In this document: in pieces, positions 19,980 through 28,490 of the stretch
Numbering within the stretch: position 1 is the stretch's first letter
How the letters are laid out: each line of letters opens with the position of its first letter
Assembly: GCA_016193315.1 (NCBI GenBank)
Contig: JACPSJ010000001.1
Coordinates: 155,981-219,980 of the forward strand
Direction: 5' to 3'
Source of the DNA: Candidatus Kerfeldbacteria bacterium
Lineage (GTDB): Bacteria; Patescibacteriota; Patescibacteriia; SBBC01; CAIJZX01
DNA: 64,000 nt
Notes under the pieces: model-generated
What the model was told of the DNA's origin: nothing
The model's input: only the letters and a program-made list of their open reading frames with translations
Databases searched by the model: none
Position numbers and translations under genes: made by a program

Positions 19980-22319
19980 GTGCGAAACCGTCAACCACGC
20001 CTGCCACCTCCAAAGAATGATTCGCGTGGTCGTCCCCCGACCATACTTGTCGTGTTTGGCGCGACAGGTGACTTGATGGCGCGCAAGCTGATTCCCGCTC
20101 TTCGACACATGTTCACTAGTAAAAGCCTGCCCGAACGGGTCACCGTGGTTAGCACATCTCGGCTAGCAATGAATGATGGCGCCTTCCGCCTTCATGTCCG
20201 CGAAGCACTCTTGAAGTCCGGCAACGCACAAGCCGTTGATGAGCAGTTTCTCAACTTGTTTCAGTACCTCCCCGGAGATTTTTCCTCCCCGGAATTTTAC
20301 CAAGCCCTTAAGGTAAAACTTGATCAGGTGGATATTGACTGGGGCGTTTGTACGAACAAACTCTTTTATTTTGCGGTTCCGCCAAATGCGTACGCGGTCC
20401 TGTTCCAAGGACTGGCGCGGGTTCGCCTCAATGAACCGTGCAGCTCGGCCACCGGCTGGACGCGGATCCTCGTTGAGAAACCGTACGGGTCAACGCTGCC
20501 AGAAGCGGAAACAATCAACGCGCTGTTGGAAAAACATTTTCGGCCCGAGCAAGTGTATCGGATCGATCATTACCTAGGCAAGCAAGCCGTTCAGAATATT
20601 CTTTCGTTCCGCTTTTCTAACACCTTTCTTGAGCCGTCATGGAGCCGGGAGTTCGTTGAGCGGGTCGAGGTTCGGATTCACGAAAAGATAACGATCGAAG
20701 GTCGCGGTGCGTTCTACGACCAGGTTGGTGCACTGCTGGACGTCGGACAGAATCACGCGCTTCAGCTCTTGGCGCTGGTGGCCATGGAACACCCATCGAG
20801 CTTGAACGCCAACGTCATTTGGCAAAAGCGCACCGAAATCCTAGAGGCGTTGCGGCCGGTTACTGACTCAGCGGCGCAAACATTTCGGGCGCAGTACGAA
20901 GGGTATCGGGAGCAACCTGGCGTCGCGACAGATTCGACGACCGAAACGTTTTTCCGCGTCACCACTACGCTCGATCATCCCCGCTGGCGCGGCGTTCCGA
21001 TTATTATCGAGGGCGGAAAGAATCTGCCCGCGGACGACAAGCAGGTGATCGTCACGTTCAAACACCCCACCCCATGTCTGTGTCCGCCGGGGCAACACTA
21101 CCAGACCAAGGCCCACTTTCGCTTAGCCCCTAACCCGGGTGTAGCTATTCAGTTTTGGTCGCGCAAGTCAGGCTCTACGACCGAGCTTCAAGAACGGTGG
21201 CTCACGTTTGATTATCCAGCAGATGAGCAACAACGGTACCTGGCTGAGTATGCCCAGTTATTGTCTGAGGCGATCATGGGAAACCAGCTCCTGTTCATTT
21301 CCGGTCGTGAAGCCTTGGCGAGTTGGCGTTTTGTTGATCCGATCCGTCAAGCGTGGAAAACGATGGGGCGACCACAAACGTACGCGCCGCAAACGCTACC
21401 CAACACTCCGACAGTCCCAGCCAAAGAAAAAGTTCAGACGATCGGTATGGTAGGTTTGGGCAAAATGGGGCTCAACTTAAGTTTGCGTTTGGCGGAGAAG
21501 CGGTGGAGCGTGGCTGGATTTGATCCGCAAGCGAAATCTGTTCAAGGCGTCAGTGTCGTTGACTCACTGTCGAGTCTCGTCGAACAACTTCCGTCTCCAA
21601 AGGTGGTCTGGTTGATGGTCCCGCATCAAGTAGTTGATCAAACGCTTTTCGGTAAAGTCGGACTCGCGTCCTTACTCCATAAGGGCGACATCGTGATTGA
21701 TGGTGGTAACTCGTATTACCGAGACTCGATCCGGCGAGCGAAGAAACTAAGCATCAAAGGAATCAAGTTTATTGATGTCGGCGTTTCGGGTGGCCCCGGC
21801 GGAGCTCGTTACGGACCGTCGTTGATGGTTGGCGGACAGCGACAGGATGTCGAGCAGGTCGAGCATCTGTTTCTTGACCTCGCCTTGTCGGACGGTTACC
21901 AATTCTTTCCAGGTCACGGTGCCGGACACTTTGTGAAGATGGTCCACAACGGGATCGAGTATGGCATGATGCAGGCGGTTGCCGAAGGGTTCACGATCCT
22001 CAAAAAATCTTCATTCAAGCTGGACCTTGCCAAGGTTGCCGAGGTCTATAACCACGGGAGCGTCATTGAATCGCGGCTGATGGAGTGGCTACGCCGTGGC
22101 CTCGTACTACACGGCCCGGATTTCAAGGGAGTGAGCGGAACTGTAGCCCATACGGGCGAAGGCGAGTGGACTGTAAAAACCGCGAAAGCCTTAAAAGTCC
22201 AGACTAAGATTATTGAGGCATCGCTCCAATTCCGGAAACTGTCAGCAAAAAAACCTTCATACACTGCAAAAATTCTTTCAGCTCTTCGTGAACAATTTGG
22301 TGGACACGCCTCACGCTAA
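19980..22319 (+). CDS. zwf-gnd: glucose-6-phosphate dehydrogenase / 6-phosphogluconate dehydrogenase fusion
   Basis: FGATGDL, RIDHYLGK then GLGKMG, DGGNS, GHFVKMVHNGIEYG in one frame; start codon uncertain. Confidence 0.9.
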   Translation: MRNRQPRLPPPKNDSRGRPPTILVVFGATGDLMARKLIPALRHMFTSKSLPERVTVVSTSRLAMNDGAFRLHVREALLKSGNAQAVDEQFLNLFQYLPGDFSSPEFYQALKVKLDQVDIDWGVCTNKLFYFAVPPNAYAVLFQGLARVRLNEPCSSATGWTRILVEKPYGSTLPEAETINALLEKHFRPEQVYRIDHYLGKQAVQNILSFRFSNTFLEPSWSREFVERVEVRIHEKITIEGRGAFYDQVGALLDVGQNHALQLLALVAMEHPSSLNANVIWQKRTEILEALRPVTDSAAQTFRAQYEGYREQPGVATDSTTETFFRVTTTLDHPRWRGVPIIIEGGKNLPADDKQVIVTFKHPTPCLCPPGQHYQTKAHFRLAPNPGVAIQFWSRKSGSTTELQERWLTFDYPADEQQRYLAEYAQLLSEAIMGNQLLFISGREALASWRFVDPIRQAWKTMGRPQTYAPQTLPNTPTVPAKEKVQTIGMVGLGKMGLNLSLRLAEKRWSVAGFDPQAKSVQGVSVVDSLSSLVEQLPSPKVVWLMVPHQVVDQTLFGKVGLASLLHKGDIVIDGGNSYYRDSIRRAKKLSIKGIKFIDVGVSGGPGGARYGPSLMVGGQRQDVEQVEHLFLDLALSDGYQFFPGHGAGHFVKMVHNGIEYGMMQAVAEGFTILKKSSFKLDLAKVAEVYNHGSVIESRLMEWLRRGLVLHGPDFKGVSGTVAHTGEGEWTVKTAKALKVQTKIIEASLQFRKLSAKKPSYTAKILSALREQFGGHASR

Positions 22320-22488
22320 GTGACATGCCCTTCATAAGAGCGGCGGCGCCCCGCAGAGCGGGGCACGAACCCCCTCGGGCGGCGGGCGGGCGGCCAGCAG
22401 GAAATCGACCGACCGAGAGATCGGCCGCCGACGACTTGGTCACATCCAAGAAAATACATGAACCCGCTAAACCTGCTATACTCCGTGA

Positions 22489-23742
22489 GTGCAAAGTCCC
22501 GTTTCTGGTCCCCCGTCATTCTACGGTCTCGGCATCGCGCCGCGGCTGCTTGAGGTCCTCGATCGGTTGCGCTTCACCGTCCCGACTCCGATCCAGCAGC
22601 GCTCGATTCCCATCGCCATTGAAGGTAAGGACATGATCGGCGTGGCCCAGACTGGCACCGGCAAAACCCTGGCCTTCGGCCTACCGATGGTCCAGCGCCT
22701 GGCGGCGGTCAAAGGTCGGGGACTGGTGCTCCTGCCGACCCGCGAGTTGGCCATTCAGGTTGATGAAACGCTGCATCAGCTCGGGCGCAGCTTTGGTTTA
22801 CGGACGGCCGTGCTGATCGGCGGCGCCTCGATGCATCTGCAAATCCAACAACTGAAAGCCAAGCCGCACATAATCGTCGCCACACCCGGCCGCCTCAACG
22901 ACCATCTCCAGCAAGGCACGGCTCATTTGGACCAGGTGAAAATCCTGGTGCTCGATGAGGCCGACCGGATGCTCGACATGGGTTTTGCCCCGCAGATCAA
23001 CCGGATCATCGGGAAACTACCATCCGATCGTCAAACGTTGCTATTCTCGGCCACCATGCCGAGGGAAATAGTGGCCATCGCCAAACGCACCATGCGCCTG
23101 CCGTTGCGGGTGGAAGTGGCGCCGTCGGGGACGACCGTCGAACAGGTCGAACACGAACTGTTTATCGTCCCGAAACCGGACAAGGCTCGCCTGCTAGAAA
23201 AGCTCCTGGCCGAGTACCGCGGCTCGATCTTGGTTTTCACCCGGACGAAGTTCGGCGCCAAGAAACTGACTCGTCAGGTCAAGGGCTGGGGACACACGGT
23301 GGCCGAACTCCACTCGAACCGCAGCCTAAGCCAACGTCGGGCGGCCCTCGAGGGATTCAAGTCCGGGGCTTACCGGGTGTTGATCGCCACGGACATTGCC
23401 GCCCGGGGCATTGATGTGACCGGCATCGAGGTGGTCCTGAACTACGACTTGCCGACCCAAGCCGAAGATTATGTCCACCGGATCGGGCGAACGGCCCGGG
23501 CTGGCCGGCGCGGCAAAGCGGTTTCCTTTGCCCAACCAGAACAGCAACGGGACATCCACAACATCGAACGGTTAATCCGGTTGAAGATTCCGGTTGGGCG
23601 CTTGCCCGAACTTCCTGTCGGGCCGCTGCCGGGCTTTGCTCGTCGCGGGGAATCCGGTCATGGCGCCCACGCCTGGCGTCGTTCACCGGGGGCTCGCCAA
23701 TTCCGCGGCCGCCGATATCCGGGTAGATTCAGGCGTCGGTGA
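22489..23742 (+). CDS. DEAD-box RNA helicase (RhlE-like)
   Basis: AQTGTGKT, PTRELA, DEAD, SAT, HRIGRTAR. Confidence 0.95.
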   Translation: MQSPVSGPPSFYGLGIAPRLLEVLDRLRFTVPTPIQQRSIPIAIEGKDMIGVAQTGTGKTLAFGLPMVQRLAAVKGRGLVLLPTRELAIQVDETLHQLGRSFGLRTAVLIGGASMHLQIQQLKAKPHIIVATPGRLNDHLQQGTAHLDQVKILVLDEADRMLDMGFAPQINRIIGKLPSDRQTLLFSATMPREIVAIAKRTMRLPLRVEVAPSGTTVEQVEHELFIVPKPDKARLLEKLLAEYRGSILVFTRTKFGAKKLTRQVKGWGHTVAELHSNRSLSQRRAALEGFKSGAYRVLIATDIAARGIDVTGIEVVLNYDLPTQAEDYVHRIGRTARAGRRGKAVSFAQPEQQRDIHNIERLIRLKIPVGRLPELPVGPLPGFARRGESGHGAHAWRRSPGARQFRGRRYPGRFRRR

Positions 23743-23806
23743 TGATCGGATCGGTTTGCTTGCGACTCAGCGCGAATATCTTCGGCCGGCACACACGAAT
23801 GAACGC

Positions 23807-24523
23807 ATGACCGGCAAAGTCATTATTATTCGTGGACCTCTCGGTGTCGGGAAGTCGACCATCGGTCGGCATTTGGCGGCCGACCTTTCAAGTCTCTACG
23901 TCCCCCTCGACGATGTCTTAGCGGATCATGGGCTTGATCGCGTCCCGGCGGATGCCGAGTGTATTCCGGCCGAAAACTTTCTGCTAGTCCTTCGTAGTCT
24001 GCTTCCGAAATTACAACAGACTGTCGCGGCGGGGCAAAGCGTGGTTGTTGATGCTTGTTTCTACCATCGAGAGATGATTCAGTTCCTGGACACACACTTC
24101 CCCGGGCAGACAGCTGTGTTTACTCTCAGTGCTCCCGTCGAGATTTGCATTGCCCGTGACCGGGAACGGAGTAAGAGTCATGGCGAAGATGCTGCTCGGG
24201 CTGTTCATGACCTGGTTTCCAGATTTACAGCCGGCAAAAAAATTGACGCCACGAAATCCAAAAAGTCTATTCTCCAGGAGATCATGAAGAATCTTGCCCG
24301 CGGGGCCTGGAGGGCATATGAACGCCGCTGGCCACCCCAACCCACGGCGGATATTTCTGAAAATGAAAACGACCCGCCCGCAAAAAGCAAGAGTTTCACC
24401 CGGCCAATGAAAAAACGACCAGCCGAGAGGTTGGTCGTGGTGCCACCGGAGGAAGCCCGCCCGCCTCAGCGGATGACAGCCAGCTTGCCGGTGGCAATGA
24501 ACGAATCGAGTTGGAGTCGGTAG
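23807..24523 (+). CDS. P-loop nucleotide kinase-like (AAA_33) protein
   Basis: GPLGVGKST; C-terminal part looks like a low-complexity extension. Confidence 0.7.
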   Translation: MTGKVIIIRGPLGVGKSTIGRHLAADLSSLYVPLDDVLADHGLDRVPADAECIPAENFLLVLRSLLPKLQQTVAAGQSVVVDACFYHREMIQFLDTHFPGQTAVFTLSAPVEICIARDRERSKSHGEDAARAVHDLVSRFTAGKKIDATKSKKSILQEIMKNLARGAWRAYERRWPPQPTADISENENDPPAKSKSFTRPMKKRPAERLVVVPPEEARPPQRMTASLPVAMNESSWSR

Positions 24524-25005
24524 AGGTAGATACCGACGGCGACGGACCGCCCGGACTCATCGCGGAGGTCCCAGTTCGTCCGATAGACGCCGGCGTGGAG
24601 CGGGCCGTGGACCAGCCGTTTCTGCCGCCGGCCCTGGAGGTCGAAAATCTCGAGCGAGGCGCGGGCTTCCTGTGCTGCGCCGAACTCGATAGTCAGCGAT
24701 CCGCGCGCCGGATTCGGCTGGGCTTGTCCGAGGAAATCGACCATCGTCACCCGCGGCCGGTCATTGACGTCGAGGAGCTGGTGGACGTTGCCCGCCCAGA
24801 AGCCGTGTTCGACGATCGTGCTGCCGCCCGGGGCCATGCTGATGCCGGAGATGACGTCGCCGACATTGCCATTGATCTCGTAGATGCCGCTGGCCATCAG
24901 TTGACCGCCGGCGGAGAAGAGGGATTTGGGCTGCACCGTTTGCGCGCTCGCTGTCGAAGCAGCCAGGAAGGCAGCGATGATGAGCGTGAAGACTCTGGTT
25001 TTCAT
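24466..25005 (-). CDS. secreted protein with C-terminal FlgD-Ig / T9SS-type sorting domain
   Basis: Signal peptide; PNP..IFDLQGR..WDLRDESGRSVAVGIYLYRL. Confidence 0.8.
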   Translation of the reverse strand: MKTRVFTLIIAAFLAASTASAQTVQPKSLFSAGGQLMASGIYEINGNVGDVISGISMAPGGSTIVEHGFWAGNVHQLLDVNDRPRVTMVDFLGQAQPNPARGSLTIEFGAAQEARASLEIFDLQGRRQKRLVHGPLHAGVYRTNWDLRDESGRSVAVGIYLYRLQLDSFIATGKLAVIR

Positions 25006-25024
25006 TGGAGCACCTCCTTACTGG

Positions 25025-25951
25025 TCACTGCTTTACCCAGACTTCGAGTTCAGTAGCCGATGAACCACTTGGATATGCCGCACCACAGAACTCAATCTGA
25101 CACTCTGGGTTTGGAGGTTGTTCTACTCCGTTGCAGGTGTATCCATAAGGGAAGTAGCTGTATCCAAGGTCCATCTGCTCATTGATGAACAGGTTGGGCC
25201 CGCCTCCAAAGCATGGCCCGCTGTTAATGTTGTGGTAGACGGACCAAGAACGAAGTTCTCCACCCTGTGAGTATTTCTTGTTGGACGTCAGGGAGAAAAT
25301 GAAGTTGTGTCCGTACGGCCGTAAACAACCGCCGGCGCAACTGCTCGTCCAAGCGATGTCGGTATAACCACCGATGGTGTATCCATTCACCAATTGCACG
25401 ACGGTCAGCGATGGACCGCGGTTGTCACAGAGATTATGAAACGTCGTCGGGCTGGCTCCGTTCACGCTCTTTCGATAGCACAGCGTCCAGGTCTGGAACA
25501 CATTGCCAACCCAGGAATTGACCTGAAATTGCTGTGCCGGTGTAAGGATTGTGCTCCCAGGAAACGGCTGTTCGGGGATACTGACAAGCCGTTCCGCAAC
25601 ACCCGCTCGCACCGCATACGGCACGCTGCCGATCTTCGTCCGTGGCGTGAGTTCCGTTCCGCCGTTGACGCTAATACCTAGCCAACGAACCGATCCATCC
25701 CAGACGCTCTGGTCCGGATTGAGGTTGAGGTGGTAGACGCCGTTCCGGACGCTGACACCGGCGAAGGTCTCGCTGTACAGCGCTGAACCACCAGTAGAAT
25801 CGGCGTAGACGCTGATCGTGAGGTCTCTGCTGCCCATGACTAGCGACCCACTCTCCGACAACTGTCCGGAGTATGGGATTTGAAGGGGGACGGCGAGGGT
25901 GATCACCGGGAGTAAGAGCCCCAGCAATGCCATTAAGATTGTGCGCTTCAT
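25025..25951 (-). CDS. secreted paralog with C-terminal TLDc domain
   Basis: Shared N-module plus LCYRKSVNG..FHNLCDNRGPSLTVV..IGGYT..FIFSL..GPCFG. Confidence 0.8.
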   Translation of the reverse strand: MKRTILMALLGLLLPVITLAVPLQIPYSGQLSESGSLVMGSRDLTISVYADSTGGSALYSETFAGVSVRNGVYHLNLNPDQSVWDGSVRWLGISVNGGTELTPRTKIGSVPYAVRAGVAERLVSIPEQPFPGSTILTPAQQFQVNSWVGNVFQTWTLCYRKSVNGASPTTFHNLCDNRGPSLTVVQLVNGYTIGGYTDIAWTSSCAGGCLRPYGHNFIFSLTSNKKYSQGGELRSWSVYHNINSGPCFGGGPNLFINEQMDLGYSYFPYGYTCNGVEQPPNPECQIEFCGAAYPSGSSATELEVWVKQ

Positions 25952-25969
25952 TACCGACCTCCTTACAAT

Positions 25970-26743
25970 CTACTGGTAGCGGTTGGGGAACCACATCGCA
26001 AACATGCTGCGATAGGTGATTTTCACGGTTCCCGTAGGACAGAACAGCGAGGCCATGAGGTAGAACGTCCGCGGGCCAGCGTTCACCTGGTAGGACCCTG
26101 TCATGGCCAATGGAACGTAGGTCACCCCCGGCCCAGTAACGGCAGTATGGAAATCGCCGTTTAGGTTTGGGGGGTTATCCGTCAATATGAGGTTGAGGCA
26201 ACCTGCGTCGGTCAGCCAACACAGTCCCCCTGTGTGGACCATGACATACCCATCCTCTGGGCAGTTGATGGAGATGCTGTCAACAGCCGTCCATTGCGTT
26301 TGCGTGATAGTAAGAATGGTTGTGGTGTTAACCATCCAGTTCAGACCGGGCGCGATGGCCGGATTCGTCAGAGCATCCGCATGCGATGCCACGCCCGCCC
26401 GCACCGCATACGGCACCGTGCCGACCTTGGTCCTAGGCGTGAGTTCGGCTCCGCCGTTGACGCTAATACCTAGCCAACGAACCGATCCGTCCCAGACGCT
26501 CTGGTCCGGGTTGAGGTTGAGGTGGTAGATGCCGTTTTGGACGGTCGCGCCCGCGAAGGTTTCGGCGTAGACTGGTGATCCACCGACTGAATCGGCATAG
26601 ATGTTGATGGTGAGGTCCCGTGTCCCATTCACGAGTTGCCCATTCTCCGACAGCTGACCGGAGTATGGGATTTGAAGGGGGACGGCGAGGGTGAGGGTTG
26701 GGACGAGGAGTCCCAGCAGAACTGCGAGGTACATCCGTTTCAT
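25970..26743 (-). CDS. secreted paralog with variable C-terminus
   Basis: Shared N-module VPLQIPYSGQLSENG..PYAVRAG; AAGGAGG RBS. Confidence 0.75.
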   Translation of the reverse strand: MKRMYLAVLLGLLVPTLTLAVPLQIPYSGQLSENGQLVNGTRDLTINIYADSVGGSPVYAETFAGATVQNGIYHLNLNPDQSVWDGSVRWLGISVNGGAELTPRTKVGTVPYAVRAGVASHADALTNPAIAPGLNWMVNTTTILTITQTQWTAVDSISINCPEDGYVMVHTGGLCWLTDAGCLNLILTDNPPNLNGDFHTAVTGPGVTYVPLAMTGSYQVNAGPRTFYLMASLFCPTGTVKITYRSMFAMWFPNRYQ

Positions 26744-26782
26744 TGTTTCCTCCTTCATGGTGAGCTTGTCGAACCATGCTAC

Positions 26783-27577
26783 CTACTGGTAGCGGTTGGG
26801 GAACCACAAGACCTGTATAGCATGTCGGCGGTACCGGTAGTTCTGATCTGTCAAATTCTCTTTCTTCGCCCAAACCGAGATGGTGTGCGGTCCTTGGACA
26901 ATAGGCTGCATCTGGGCAATAGAAACTGGGATGTACTGCCAATCAATGCCAGACGATGCGGCCCCCAAAAGATAGCCACCATCAAAGTCGGACGGTGTTC
27001 CTTCTTGGATGCGCAATCTTCCGAGATACCTGGACGAGGCGTCGAGAATGACGCTTCCAGATGCGCTCATGAAGAGGAATCCATCAGCTGGGCAGGTCAC
27101 GGTGATCGAATCAACCACCACCCACAAGATTGATGTGACATCGAAAGCTCCTTGTTCTGATCCAGAGTACCTGAAGCTGGCTCCGGGCAAAAGTGGCGCG
27201 TTCGCGACAGCATCTGCAGTACCCGCCCGCACCGCATACGGCACGCTGCCGATTTTGGTGCGGGGTGTGAGTTCTGCTCCACCGTTGACTGACACCCCGA
27301 GCCACCGAACCGATCCATCCCAGACGCTCTGGTCTGGATTGAGGTTGAAGTGGTAGATGCCGTTCTGCAGATTGACTCTGGTGAAGGTTTCGGTGTAGAT
27401 CGCCGCGCCACCGGTTGAATCCGCGTAGACGGCGATGGTCAGGTCCCGTGAGCCAGTGACCAGCGTCCCGTTCTCCGACAGCTGGCCGGAGTACGGAATA
27501 CCATTCGGAACCGCTCCTACAGCTGAAGGAAAACAGAACAGCAAAAGCACGGGTACCACCGACTTCATGAGTTTCAT
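26783..27577 (-). CDS. secreted paralog with variable C-terminus
   Basis: Shared N-module; ends WFPNRYQ like the 25970 paralog. Confidence 0.75.
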   Translation of the reverse strand: MKLMKSVVPVLLLFCFPSAVGAVPNGIPYSGQLSENGTLVTGSRDLTIAVYADSTGGAAIYTETFTRVNLQNGIYHFNLNPDQSVWDGSVRWLGVSVNGGAELTPRTKIGSVPYAVRAGTADAVANAPLLPGASFRYSGSEQGAFDVTSILWVVVDSITVTCPADGFLFMSASGSVILDASSRYLGRLRIQEGTPSDFDGGYLLGAASSGIDWQYIPVSIAQMQPIVQGPHTISVWAKKENLTDQNYRYRRHAIQVLWFPNRYQ

Positions 27578-27623
27578 CAGCATTCCCCTTTTCGTGTTGT
27601 CAAGGAGCAACAGCAGGAATCTG

Positions 27624-28040
27624 CTAGCTCCTGGACAGCGTGTCCCAAAGCACTCTCAACCTACCCTTCTCAAATAATATGTCAAGGGATGGTACAATCA
27701 TTTCATGGCTGGTGTCATACCTGAAAAGGTCAATCAAGAACAGCGGCGAGCCACCGTTGACTGAGATAGCTAGCCAACGATCCGAGCCGTCCCACACTGT
27801 CGTTGAGACGTTAAGCATCACGTGGTAGACGCCGTTGACGACGTTGAGCACGTCATCTTGGCTGTACACCGGCGAACCACCTGCAGGCACGGGATAGATT
27901 CGGAACGTGAAACTGCGCGTCCCGTTGACGAGTTGCCCGTTTTCGGTCAGTTGCCCGGAGTACGGGACTTGGGTGGGGACGGCGAATACAACTGCCGGTC
28001 CGGACAACAGCAACAACGCGAACATGAGCTTGCGAACCAT
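27624..28040 (-). pseudogene. truncated fourth paralog
   Basis: N-module matches up to ISVNGGSP, then unrelated AT-richer sequence. Confidence 0.65.
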
Positions 28041-28490
28041 GACTGTCTCCTTGTCCCGCTCAGCGGGACGTTGAAGGGTTGTTTCTCTACCGATCTGTCA
28101 AAGAACCACCAGATCGGATGGATCACGACTTGCTACAATGGCCCTACCCTACAAGTGCCTGGTGGTCGTGTCAAGCAAAACACAGCGGGCCTGGTCCGGC
28201 GGCGGAAAATCCCCAGGCGCGGTTGTCGTATACTCCAAACTAGTCGGCACTTCGCAACGAGAGAGCGACCGATCGGCAATTGAGCTGCAGTCAGAACAAA
28301 CACCTCCTGGCAGAACAAGCGGAAGAACAAGAGGAGCATATTAATCCTTCCTAAACCCTTGCTGATCTGAGCGAGAGCGTTTTTTGCATCTTGCTCCCGT
28401 GCGAACTGGGTCAGACGTGGTCTCGAAACTTGGCTTTTGAAGCAAATCATGTTATAATGAATGAAGAATTGAAAAAAAACAAAACATCGC

